DNA of 62,798 nucleotides, filler included, from Rhabdomonas costata (Eukaryota): NCBI GenBank assembly GCA_019059605.1. It is 46 parts of 46 records of this genome, joined end to end, with 100 filler letters (N's around TTAATTAATTAA, not from the genome) between each part and the next. Parts side by side here need not be neighbours in the genome. Positions count along the whole stretch, not along the records: positions 50,582 to 51,848 come from JAHMHO010021320.1; positions 51,949 to 53,215 come from JAHMHO010021321.1; positions 53,316 to 54,576 come from JAHMHO010021322.1; positions 54,677 to 55,963 come from JAHMHO010021323.1; positions 56,064 to 57,330 come from JAHMHO010021324.1; positions 57,431 to 58,697 come from JAHMHO010021325.1; positions 58,798 to 60,064 come from JAHMHO010021326.1; positions 60,165 to 61,431 come from JAHMHO010021327.1; 38 more parts are not named here. One strand, 5' to 3'. Shown piece by piece: positions 51,596 to 62,798 of this stretch (position 1 is its first letter; each line of letters starts with the position of its first letter). The notes under the pieces were generated by a model. It saw only the letters and a program-made list of their open reading frames with translations, ran no database searches and was not told where the DNA came from. The position numbers and the translations under genes were made by a program.

Positions 51596-52346
51596 CTACG
51601 CGCGCCCCCACCCCACCCCCCACAAACACCGCGCGCGGCGGATGCAACAAAACGCAGCCTGACAAGCAACCGGTTGCCACGGCGCAAGCAGAGTGGTGGG
51701 GATATGTAGGCGAGGAGGTCGTCATTTCCGGTGCTCTGACCATGTTGGGTGGTGGGGGTGGGGGAAACGGTAACCAACGGTGAGAAGTGAGATAAACAGC
51801 GCACTCACCCTCGAAGCGGAGAGAAAGTAAAGTGCCAAAACAACCCACNNNNNNNNNNNNNNNNNNNNNNNNNNNNNNNNNNNNNNNNNNNNTTAATTAA
51901 TTAANNNNNNNNNNNNNNNNNNNNNNNNNNNNNNNNNNNNNNNNNNNNGGTTTTGGTGTACAAGCCCTTGGTAAGAGTCTGCACGGTCTTCTGCTCTCAC
52001 TTCTCACGTTCCATGCTCTCACTCATCGACTTCGTTCAACCGACTGGTGCCCGAGTGAATGGCAAATTGAAGCCAAGTAGTACGCAATGTGCAAGTACCA
52101 CCAGAGCCTTCTTTTTCATGTGGAACACCATTCTCCAAAGCAGATCAAAGCCCTTTTTTTAAACGCTTTGTTTTCAATTCCTTTTTCCTTAAACGATTTT
52201 CTACTGGGGAGAACCTCAGTTTCAGCTGCCCTTAAGGGCCATCCCAAAAAAATGCGTCATGCAGCCTGTTCCAGAGTGGAGTGGTTTTGGCGACTGCCCT
52301 GCCTTTCCTGATTAGCGAGTGCACACTGTTATCAACCCCCGCACAG

Positions 52347-53210
52347 CTCTGGTCTGCTCCCTGCCCCTGCTACCCACGGGGTATTCCTACTCGGGCAGCG
52401 GGTGTTCTCCGGGGTACTTCAATGCCTCCAGCTGCACGGGGCTGAGCTGCGCCTCTGGATATACTGGCACGGTAAGCGTGAGCTGCGACTCTCCGTACTG
52501 GACTTTCACCCTCTCGGGTTGCTCCAGTACGTGTGTGTGTGTGTGTGTGTGTTTGTGTTTGAGTTGTGTGTGTGTGTGTGTGTGTGTGTTTCTCTCGATT
52601 CCGTGGGGTGTCATATAATATTTTGTTTCCAGAAGCAGGCCTCCTTTGACTTTTTTTTTGCTCTTTTTATAGGATTGGGGGTGGCCAGATTCGCGCTCCG
52701 CTTGTGTTTTTCGCCGCCTGGGGTCCGGTAAAATGCGGTAGGTTTGTAGGTCTTTCTCTACTTTTGTGGATGGGCGGGTGGATGGGCATATGTATAGGCT
52801 TTACTCCAGAATGGTTGCGGAGCCCACCAACTGGGACCATATAAAAGGGCATGCCGCTGGCGTGTATCAACATTACGGGGGGTTGCGCTTATATCCTGAA
52901 ACGATGATCCCTTGCCGCTGGTCCAGCAGTGATGCGTAGATTCCTTCCAACTGCCTGTTTTTGGTCTGCTCCTCAGCCGTCCCGACCTGCAACGTTTCTG
53001 CTTGGGCGAGCCAGTGTGGCGTGTCAAGCTTGCAGACCTCTCTGAGTCTGGGCAGCTACCAGTGCACCGGGACGCTGGACTTCTCCTTCTTTCCCTCCGC
53101 CACTTCCCTCGAAATTTCCTTGGCAACCTTTGTGGACGCCCTGACGATTCAGAATCTTCCCAGCACCCTGACTTCACTGACAATCCACAGCTGCACCTTT
53201 GGCTTCAACC
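52347..53210 (+). CDS. Cys-rich surface/secreted protein; exons 52347-52526 and 52977->contig end
   Basis: A 180-nt phase-1 exon encodes a six-Cys module (C.LP…GY…C…C..LSCASGYTG..VSC…FTLSGC). The next exon has LRR-like LPSTLTSLTIHSC. Confidence 0.65.
52531..52588. repeat. Interrupted (GT)n microsatellite at intron start
   Basis: GT dinucleotide runs are visible. Confidence 0.9.
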
Positions 53211-53371
53211 CACCCNNNNNNNNNNNNNNNNNNNNNNNNNNNNNNNNNNNNNNNNNNNNTTAATTAATTAANNNNNNNNNNNNNNNNNNNNNNNNNNNNN
53301 NNNNNNNNNNNNNNNGGCCGCAATGGGGCACTTGCACCCCGAACAATCGACCGAACGACCGGTGCCACTAG

Positions 53372-53851
53372 GTGAAGGTCATTGAGCTGAGCAGCCTAAC
53401 GGAGCCCTCGCAGATCTCGAAGCTGGCCGCGGAGATCACTCTGATGAAGGAGTACCAGCACCCCAACATCGTGCAGTACTACGGCTGCGAGCTCAACCGC
53501 CAGGACAACACCTTGTGCATCTTTATGGAGTACACTCCAGGTGTGCACTCTTCAACCAGTTCTGCCAGTTTTTCCCTCTTCCGCTTTCGCTTGCACAGAA
53601 CACTTTCTGGATAATTGTGCTGTTCACAACTCCATCATCTGTTCACGTGCACGCGTCCACTTTGCAGAGCATCGGCTTCACCATGCTACAACGGTATAAA
53701 AAATACGACAGGCGGCTCCATCAGCAGCCTGATCATGAAGAGTGAGAGCGGGCGGATTGAGGACCCGGAGCTGATCCGGCACTTCACCCGGCAGATCCTC
53801 GAGGGCCTGGCCTACCTGCACGCCAACAACATCATCCACCGTGACATCAAG
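53372..53851 (+). CDS. Ser/Thr protein kinase, STE11/MAP3K-like; exons 53372-53540, 53712-53851
   Basis: VKVI…EITLMK…HPNIVQYYG…[15 protein letters not shown]…[23 protein letters not shown], with a phase-1 GT-AG intron. Confidence 0.93.
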
Positions 53852-54722
53852 GTTTTGCCTGTCACAAACCAGTTGAACGATTATATGGTGGGGGTCCTGA
53901 TCGTTTGATCTGTAGGCGGAATCTTTTGGGGGATTTTGGGCCATGAACCGCTTAAAGCTGTGCAAAAAAAAAGTGGTAAAAACAATGTAATTTTTTCGTT
54001 TGGTAAAAAAAACATTAAAACTAAAAGTAAAAAAATTCTTACAAAAAATTCAGGATCCGTTCCTCTAGGTTTCCGTTTCCGCTTTTGGATCCAGAGTGCT
54101 ATGAACCGGCTGGCTTCAGGATACTGTGCCCGCGTTCATTGGCTGAATTGGTAGGAGATAACGACTGTGCACCTTTGGCAACTCATATCGGTTCACATGT
54201 TGCTGTCAGGTGGGGGTGGGGTGGGAGTGAAACTTTGCAGGTCATCTTGAAAGTAAGCGCATCCAAGCTTGCACGATCCTTCGTAGATGTGCTTCTGGCT
54301 TCGCACAGGGAGACAATATCTTGGTCACCAACCACGGTGTGTTCAGTTGCCCCCCCCCCTCCGTGCCCTCCTACTCACTCCTTGTAGGCAGTCGTCATCC
54401 TCAATCACGGCAACGATGTTTCGTTTTTTCCCTTCATTTGTCTCTTTTTGTCGGCCTAGTTAAGGTTATGTGCACCCATTTGTCGTATGACTGCCTTTGC
54501 GTCGGTATCCAAAGCAGCATTCAGCGCACTACTTCCCAAGACCCTGAATACCATCAGAATGACCACCCCACCCCACNNNNNNNNNNNNNNNNNNNNNNNN
54601 NNNNNNNNNNNNNNNNNNNNTTAATTAATTAANNNNNNNNNNNNNNNNNNNNNNNNNNNNNNNNNNNNNNNNNNNNTCCCTCAGCCCCGAGAGGCGGCGG
54701 GGCTGATTATCAAGTGGTGCAG

Positions 54723-54723
<1 letters not shown>

Positions 54724-54772
<49 letters not shown>
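54724..54772. repeat. (GT)n microsatellite
   Basis: A run of about 24 GT units. Confidence 0.95.
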
Positions 54773-54773
<1 letters not shown>

Positions 54774-55640
54774 CGGCGCATTGCGTGGTGGCTGTTGTGT
54801 GTGTGTGCCGTTGGGCCCTGCCTTCTGCTTAGCTGAACCCTCTCTCCGCTTAGCCACCCGCACGACGCAATGGAAAGGTTATGGAGAGCCCTCAGGCCCC
54901 CGCAAGGAGCGAGGAGGACGGGTACGGGTACGACGTTGCCCAGGACCTGGACAGCAGACGCTGGCGCAGACACAGAAAAAAGGACAGCGCCCAGAAGCAC
55001 CTGGAGGTGGTGGAGAAGCTTCAGCACTTTGCTGGGGAAGCCAGCGGAAACGACAAAGGGATGACGGGTACAACTCTCAGTGACCCAGATCTACCCAAAA
55101 ATTAAAAAAGTCGGAGGTCTCGATGACACACAACCCCGAGGAGTCCTGCAGCATCCGTACACCAGGCGCAGGAAAGAGTCCAACATGACCCCATGAGGTA
55201 GTGATCCCGCAGAGAGCCTGGGGGCCACGCGACGGCGGTGCTCCCGTGGTCAGAGGAAGCAGGGTTGCGGACTTCAGGTAGAAACTGAGAAGACAAGAGA
55301 GGTCGCCGAGCCACCGGATGTGTGAAGGTACAGCGCTGAGAAGCCAATCCTGTGAGTGCTGCCTTGGGACTTGGGACGCGACGTGACCGACACACGGTGC
55401 GCCCCCTGTATTCGAATAATCTTCTAAATAATCGTAGTGGACCCGAGGATGTTGGTGAGCGGTAGCTGGGGGGGGGGGACCTGGAATTCCGGGTTTCATT
55501 CTTCTGACCCCTGCCAGGTGATGACGGGTTGTGGTGTTCCGGCGAGAATGGAGATAAGCCTTTTTGCCGGTTAGATGCAGATTGAGGGTATTCGCTACGA
55601 GGTCCCGAAACGAAATGGGGTTAAAGTTAAGCTGCCCCAA

Positions 55641-55670
55641 CCCTAACCCTAACCCTAACCCTAACCCTAA
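55641..55670. repeat. Telomere-type (CCCTAA)n = (TTAGGG)n repeat, contig-internal
   Basis: About 5 perfect CCCTAA units flanked by variants (CCCCAA, CCTAAA). Confidence 0.85.
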
Positions 55671-55671
55671 C

Positions 55672-55875
55672 CTAAACCAGGCCAAAACCATTTAACTGCG
55701 TCCAAAACCAGGCCAAAACCACTCCCACAAGTTCAAAACCACGTCAAAACCACTCTTCCGCATCCAAAACCACTTAACTGCGTCCAAACCAGGCCAAAAC
55801 CACTTAACACGCGTCCAAAACCAGGCCGAAACCACCCCTACACGTCCAAAACCAGGTCAAAAACCATTCAAACCA
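55672..55875. repeat. Degenerate tandem repeat built on CCAAAACCA(C/G)
   Basis: Recurrent GTCCAAAACCAGGCCAAAACCAC(TTAACTGC) units lie directly after the telomeric repeats. Confidence 0.8.
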
Positions 55876-58800
55876 TGCACGCATTGCACTCATAAGCAGG
55901 TCAAACAACTCGGGAACAACTCCGATACCTCCAAGACCAACTCAAATCTACTCCCACACAAACNNNNNNNNNNNNNNNNNNNNNNNNNNNNNNNNNNNNN
56001 NNNNNNNTTAATTAATTAANNNNNNNNNNNNNNNNNNNNNNNNNNNNNNNNNNNNNNNNNNNNGGGGGGGGTGACGGCGACTGATAATTATGAATTAAAC
56101 ACTTTTCGCAGAAATTGGCGGTGGTGAAGGTGGGGATTCGCGGAGATTGTACCCCCTCGCTGCGGTAGGTGAAGACGTTGACTTTTATTTTAGAACGATG
56201 GAATCACCAGCTGTGATGTAAGGCATGCCATGACGTGGTCACGGTAAGGTAAGAGCAAGGTATTATTAGATTGCATTCGGGAGGATTTCAATAAATTAAG
56301 AAAAGGTCAGTATCAAACATTCGAAACTGTTAGGAAAACAGAACTCCAGGAGCACAACTTGGATCCAATCCAGTGAAGAAATGGACTTTCGCAAACATAA
56401 CTCTTTCAAGACAACGAAACACGCGTATCATTTTCAAAACTCACTTATAGCTCAGAAAACCGTAATACGACCAGCGACATCATCTCTGATGTGCAATCGA
56501 TCCTGTGGTCATACATTTTCAGATATTTCTCATTTCAAGTGCATTTCCCCCCCTCCCCAACCTGCTGGAACCCGCACATACATGTTCAACGATGTTCAAT
56601 GAAAGCCCATACCCATAGGATCTTGGAAATCCTGGAAAGAGTCCCAGGGACCCGTACATCGTAACCCCCGGCAAAAGCTTCCATTGCAATCCCATGGGAG
56701 CCCATGCATAGCCACCTAACCCCCTGCAAAAGCTTCTATAAGAATCCCAGGGGACCCGTCCATCACCTCCTAATCCCACGCACTCTTCGTAAGGGGCCCA
56801 CAAAAGCACTAAAAGTTCACAGCCCAAACAAGGTGGACCCACCCTACGGAGGGGGGTGGGCATAAATGCACTAGCGCCGCAAGGGGAAGGGAATGTTGAA
56901 GGGAATGTTGGAGGAGACAGAACGTGTTGGCTATTGTGGCTGCTCACCCCAAAGGATGCCCCTAACCTGCAGAGCCTCCACGGCCGCGCTTTGTTGTACA
57001 ACCGCAGCGGCGTGGCTGGGGTGGTGGACAATAAGGTACAGCAGTACCAGCAGTGCGCGCTCAGCCACAATCTCGCTCAGGGTGTTCCTCAGTACCAGAC
57101 CCAGGTGGCACAACAGAGACACTGTGCAACCGACACCGAGACAAGTTGCCGGCGAAGCGCAGCCAGTAATTAATGACCAAACGTGTGAACCAGAACGAGA
57201 TCGTCAGGATGACGTTGCCAGTGCTGCTGCAATTTCTGCACTTGCGGCACCCCTGAAGCCTGCATTGCAATGTTTGGTGTATACCACCAGAATTTGAATG
57301 GGAAGGCACTATTCAACACCCCCACCTACCNNNNNNNNNNNNNNNNNNNNNNNNNNNNNNNNNNNNNNNNNNNNTTAATTAATTAANNNNNNNNNNNNNN
57401 NNNNNNNNNNNNNNNNNNNNNNNNNNNNNNAGAATCATTCTTGATCTAATCATGATCAAATCAACAATGTTTGACAGCATGACACACGGGAAATTATTAT
57501 TGTATGCCTAGAATTGGGAGCTAAGTCGAAGCAGGTTTGCACAGTCCTTTTCCCGAAACAGTGATAATGATTTGATCCATCGTTTGCTACCCTCACGATG
57601 TCAGCGTTCCTCCCCCCGTATTCCCAGGATCATTTGTTGCCTTTGCCTCCTTTTGAATCACACCGCATCCACGGCTCCGCTTTTTGTCTTCTCAATTTTC
57701 CCTCTATGATCACTTGACCTCCAGGCATTTCTCACCACGTCCCTTTCCTTCCTTGCCAGTGTAGATTATTGCAATTGACTTTTGGCCCCGGACCCTGCAC
57801 ACTCTGTGTGCTGCCGCGAAATATTGTTCGTGCCACCTTATAAATGAGAGTTTCTGAAATGGAATCCAAAATAGGCGTTTTTACCTTACAAGCGATGTTT
57901 ACTAAGAAAAAGCATTTGAACAGCTTGGTTGGTGAAAAGGCTACATAGTGACATGGTTTTCGCTCATGGCACACGACTTTATTTGGTGTTTCAGGGGTTT
58001 TCAGGCTTTTTCTGACATTACATCGACCTTATGAGTATCATCACGTGTCGCCTTTGAAGTTCCGTGGTCAGCTTTTGCTGAATTATCGTTTCTGCTGTAA
58101 CTCTCTCTCTTTTGACACGACGCGCGCCATATTTTGCAAAGTCCAGAATAGCCAAACAAAAACGAAGAACAGCAAAGACTATAGACGTGCGAAAAAAAAA
58201 AGAAGCTTGGCCGAACTTGTCACATGGAATACTCCGCACATCCTCCTCTCCCATCCTTCCAAGATAGATGGCAAACGCTATGGGGTATGGTATACATCCA
58301 AGGCGCACCAGAGTGATACAAAACACAGAATCGGGCACAAAAATGGGCGAACGCGCAAACAGACCCCCGCACAGAGCTGCATTGCGAGGTCTCAACGAGG
58401 ACGCCGCTCTTGCATTTTTGAAGGAAAAGCAAACAACCAAAAAGAAGAAGCCACTGTTGTCCGACAATAACACAGAGTGAGGACAATGTGAGCGCTTCAT
58501 CAAAGCACAACCACACCAAAACATGTCCTGTCCTGGGCTTGAGCAATGTGCAGAGGGTCAGGCGAGTCGAGCACAATGTCAGAGGCAGCGACAAAGCAAC
58601 AAAACACAGAGAGGAGTAATCACCCGCACCAGAACGGGACACTGAAAGGACACAAAGCAAGAGTAGAACACGACGAACGCCGTGGCGCAGAAGCATCNNN
58701 NNNNNNNNNNNNNNNNNNNNNNNNNNNNNNNNNNNNNNNNNTTAATTAATTAANNNNNNNNNNNNNNNNNNNNNNNNNNNNNNNNNNNNNNNNNNNNGGT

Positions 58801-59134
58801 GGGGTGGCTAATCAGCCTGTGAGCTTGAGATTCTTTCTGGAATGCAATTAATTTATTTTTCACCATCCTGTCTCCAATATTGTGTGGTGGTAGATCCAGC
58901 ATCAAACCCAGATTGGAGACAGGATGGTGAAAAATAAATTAATTGCATTCCAGAAAGAATCTCAAGCTCACAGGCTGATTAGCCGCCCCACACCAAACCC
59001 CTGCGGTAAAAACGCGAAGACTTCTCAAATGTGGGAGGACACTTATCACTTACTTAGAGTGTGTGCCGTTGCCGTTAAACGTAGCATCGCGGCCCAAAAC
59101 AGCGTGAAATACACACCACATGATGCAGAATCAG

Positions 59135-60061
59135 GGATCGCATCACCTCATTGTGCATGTCCAGAGCATCCCTCATCCCGGGGCACACATCCCACAGGTG
59201 GGTGCTGTCCTGCACATCCGTGAAGACAATGGTGACCCTTCCCTGGGGCGCCTTCCGGAAGGCCTCCGCCCGCCTCCTGCGCTTCGAGATCAAGGCGTAC
59301 GCCAGAACCACTGCTGCCACGCAGAGCATCACGCCCCCTGAGACGGCAAAGCCAATGATTAGCGCTGAATTCCCGCTTGGCGACGATGCAGGCATCACAC
59401 CGCAGCTGCTGAAGTACAGCGAGGACCCTTCCACATCTTCCAAGGTAATGTTGGGCACAGTAACCGGGGAGTACAGCACCACAGAGTGCGCTCCCTGTCC
59501 ACAAAGGCAATTCACGTCAGCGCTCCGGCGCCTGCAGCTCGAGTTCGCAAAAGGGCCCAGACGGGTTTCTCCATACACAAAATTCTCACTTTGGTAGAAG
59601 CTGGCGCGAAAAATCTCCGGCGTCACAGAACTGATATCCGTTGTCTCCACAACGTCAATTAGAACATCAGCAGCCAAACAGCCCTCCACCATAGCCTGGG
59701 AAACCAGCATGGTGGAATTGTACGATGCAAGCACAGCCCGACAGCGCGAGCCCACAACGCCTGAAGAGCTGAGCAGAGGGAAAAAGTCAGAGAAGTACAC
59801 AGAGCTCGTGTTCACCCCAAGATGACGAGATACGTCGCCACTGTCCAGATGCGTGGAGAAAACGTAGACTGCAGTGGTTGGGGAAAGGCTCAACAGCTTT
59901 CGTATAATCTCCGAGACGTAGTTCTCGCCGTACACCACAACAGCGGGAATATCTGGGTGCCCGGAAACCTCTTCAGCCGCGGAAAAGGCACCACTCAAAG
60001 TGGTGTAGCCCCGCTCCATCTCAATTTCGAGCTGCAATTCACCCGCAGCGGTGGCCAACAC
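59135..60061 (-). CDS. Receptor-type (ESAG4/GRESAG4-like) class III adenylate cyclase fragment: ectodomain end, TM helix, start of catalytic domain
   Basis: FY..ENFVYGETRLGPF…C…CLCGQG…V resembles the trypanosomatid ectodomain C-terminal motif. It is followed by TM ALIIGFAVSGGVMLCVAAVVLAYALI, KRRRR, then KAPQGRVTIVFTDVQDSTHLWDVCPGMRDALDMHNEVMRSLI. Confidence 0.88.
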
Positions 60062-60185
60062 CCCNNNNNNNNNNNNNNNNNNNNNNNNNNNNNNNNNNNN
60101 NNNNNNNNTTAATTAATTAANNNNNNNNNNNNNNNNNNNNNNNNNNNNNNNNNNNNNNNNNNNNGTTGTTGTTTTTGTTTTTGCA

Positions 60186-61187
60186 ATGTCCTCACCGTCC
60201 ACCGCCCCTGCTGCCCCCTTACCGTACCGAGCGAGCTCACCAAGTGCGGGCGGCGCCATCCTTTCGTCCCCCGCCCGCCCGGCGTCACCTTCCTCAGCCC
60301 AGCCTGTCGTCTACCGAGTCGCTTCCCCGGTGTCCAAGGTCTCAGTGGTTTCTTCCCCAGCCCGGCCGGCGTCGCCTGGCTCAGCCACTCGTGCCTTCTC
60401 GTTGCCTTACCCGATGTCAACGTCGGTGACCTCAACTGCCCCTATTGCTCCCCAGTCGATCACCCGAGGGGGCTCAGTGCTGAAGAGAGATGAATCCAGG
60501 TCCACAGCGGAGGGCGAGTGGGAGATGCGTGACGGCAAATGGTACCGAAAGGTATGGGATCTCTTTTGCAAATCTCTTTTGCAATCATGCTTTCTTCCGT
60601 CTTTTTAAGAGTTTTTTCTCTTTTTTGGAAGTCGCCAGCTCCAACAGTGTACAAAGCTCTCGCCTTTTTTCGTTCTTCACAGGACTGCCTTTTTCGACTG
60701 TTCTTCACAGGACTACTACGCTGCACATTTTGAGAAACCCAAGGCTTGCGTGATGTGCCCCGTCCACCTTGAGAGAATTAACATTCTCATCAGAGAGCTG
60801 GAGCAGCTGAAGGTTGTCATCACAGAGCGCGACCGTCTCATTGCCGAGCTGCAGACACGCCTCCAGAAGTGGGATATCGAGTCAAGGGAGGTCGTCACCA
60901 CTCGTCAGCAACTGTGCGTCTCTCTTACCTCTTACCTCTCACCTACTTTTTTCCGTGCTGCTGGAACTTCTGTTTTGACAAAGTCTTTGGGCATTTCTGC
61001 AGACAAGCCCGCACCCGTGAGCTTGAACTCCTGGTGAAGGAGAAAGAGGCAATTATTCTCCAACTTAACGAGAAGATACGAATTGTTCTTGAAGAGAAGG
61101 AGACCACGACGGTTCAGATCCGGAAATTGACCCAGACCATCGAGGAATACGAGCGCCGGTTCGCGAACTGCAAGTGCAATGCTTCAG
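60186..61187 (+). CDS. Ser/Pro-rich N-terminus plus coiled-coil protein; exons 60186-60551, 60711-60913, 61003-61187
   Basis: Phase-consistent GT-AG introns join ORFs 60186, 60750 and 60869. Heptad-rich E/K/L/Q sequence. Confidence 0.75.
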
Positions 61188-62798
61188 GTGGGCCCTGTTG
61201 GTGTTGCTTTGGTAAGCTCTTCCCTTTCCATTTTCGTTCTGTTGCTTCCTGTTTCGCAGAGGAACCTGTGCAGTGGAATATCTCGTGGTACTATGCTGTT
61301 CAGGTTGTCATCCTGTTTTTTTCGCTGAAAAAACATCCCATAGAGTAGAGGGGAAGTATTCCCTGACTTTTTTCGCGCCAGGATCAGACCCACGCCGAGA
61401 TCTTCCAGAAAGATCCGCACCACCACACCACNNNNNNNNNNNNNNNNNNNNNNNNNNNNNNNNNNNNNNNNNNNNTTAATTAATTAANNNNNNNNNNNNN
61501 NNNNNNNNNNNNNNNNNNNNNNNNNNNNNNNGGTTTGTGCATACTAAAAACGAAACTCAAAAAGGAGAAGGAAACACGAGCACCAACAAACGCAGCAATA
61601 CAAGAAGCAAATCGTGTGCCATACCGCCTGCGAGGAGGGTGCTGGCCCATGAAACAGAAACTTTGGAAAGGAATGCGGAGTTGCCCGCAAAGCCAAACAG
61701 CCACAGAGAGCCGCTGAGCAGGTGCAGCAGCAAGTCACCGTTTCCAGACTTCAAGGCTACGGAGAACAACAAAACGAAAAGGGGTTTTGAAGAAGATCGG
61801 ACCGGCTGAAGGGTTATTTGATAACTTAATCGCGAAATTATTTCAAAGGCGCCGAAGAGTGTGTGTGTGCGTGTGCACGGTCCTCTTCCTCCCTCCAGGG
61901 TGACAACGTTATGTACTGGTACTGGCTCCCTGGGAAATGAACGCTCGGACAGCAAATTTATATCCTGAATTAAGAGCAAACCAAAGCAGATCCAAACGAG
62001 CACTCAGCTGCGAGAACAACGGTCTTTTCAGCTCTCAAGATCTCATAATATAGGTTCTTGACCCAAACAAAAACAGCCATCACCGAAATTTGGACATGCA
62101 AACGCATCCAAACCGCAAACCAACAAATGTGTACAAACCCATAAGAGTAAATTCAACCTCGCAAACAAAAACAAAAATCACGCACATGTGGTTGTGAATT
62201 TGCGCGGGCGCACAATGTCACGGAAGTCAGTATCTCAAGAAAAAATGTGTGCGCGTGAATATTAGATCATGTCAAAGGATGCATCCACAAGGAAGAGAAA
62301 TCGCTGCTGGAAGCGTATCGCACGCCAAGGAACCACATAAACAATGATATGCAAAAGCAGCAGGAAATACCTGGAGATGCGCACAGATGTATCGCTTGAG
62401 TGCAGTGGCCCACCAGTTGAGCCGCAAGAGAAGCATTGCGGAGGCTCCAGTACTCGATCCACGGAAAGCAGAAGATACTTATCGCTCGCAAAATTTCATC
62501 CTAAGCACAGCACAAACACGAGCATTCGCCCGAAGAGGAAAACAAGCACAAAAAACAAAACGGTGTAGTAGGCAAAGAAGGAGAACAATACCGGTTCTTT
62601 GGATAGTGCGGCCATTGCTCGGGATTTGATGCACCACGCCCAGGCGTGCATTGTTGCGAATTCTGCAGCGATGTGCTCGTCCGGTGCCACAAAAGGGACG
62701 CCCCCAATGTGATTGCTTCCGGGGGCCCGCGCACTCAACAATTTCAGAAGACATTCGGAACAACTCAAAGCCGAATGATACTGCAGCAACAAACCCCC

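Noticed and set aside
1267..61531. Regularly spaced TTAATTAATTAA resembling a repeat array or CRISPR
   Set aside because: It is embedded in N runs and is an artificial six-frame-stop linker between contigs.
1..62798. Gene neighbourhood or operon-like linkage among the ART, cyclase and kinase genes
   Set aside because: The contigs are unlinked and appear grouped by length, so adjacency has no biological meaning.

Overview
This is not contiguous DNA. It is 46 unlinked contigs of about 1.27 kb joined by artificial 100-nt N/TTAATTAATTAA/N spacers. Most contigs have G/T-only 5' ends and C/A-only 3' ends, and nine carry terminal fold-back hairpins, which points to a whole-genome-amplified (single-cell-type) library. 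The source is an intron-rich eukaryote using the standard code, with short exons, GT-AG and some GC-AG introns, and TTAGGG repeats. A trypanosomatid-style receptor adenylate cyclase suggests a non-kinetoplastid euglenozoan (inference). Recognisable spliced gene fragments include a PMCA-type Ca2+ ATPase, kinesin, MAP3K-like kinase, TM9SF, MORN protein, ABCD transporter, GH5 EGCrP-like glycosidase, CH-domain, WD40 and condensin CAP-D2-like proteins. There is also a decayed Ty3/Gypsy element and two possible tyrosine-recombinase element remnants. The most interesting signal is three independent ART-like (R-S-E clade mono-ADP-ribosyltransferase) gene fragments among 46 unlinked contigs. One is spliced behind a transmembrane helix (receptor-type ART), one is fused to an F-box, and one has an E-x-E motif split by an intron. 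Together they suggest an expanded, modular ADP-ribosylation signalling or defence family. All family calls come from motif recognition by eye; no searches were run.
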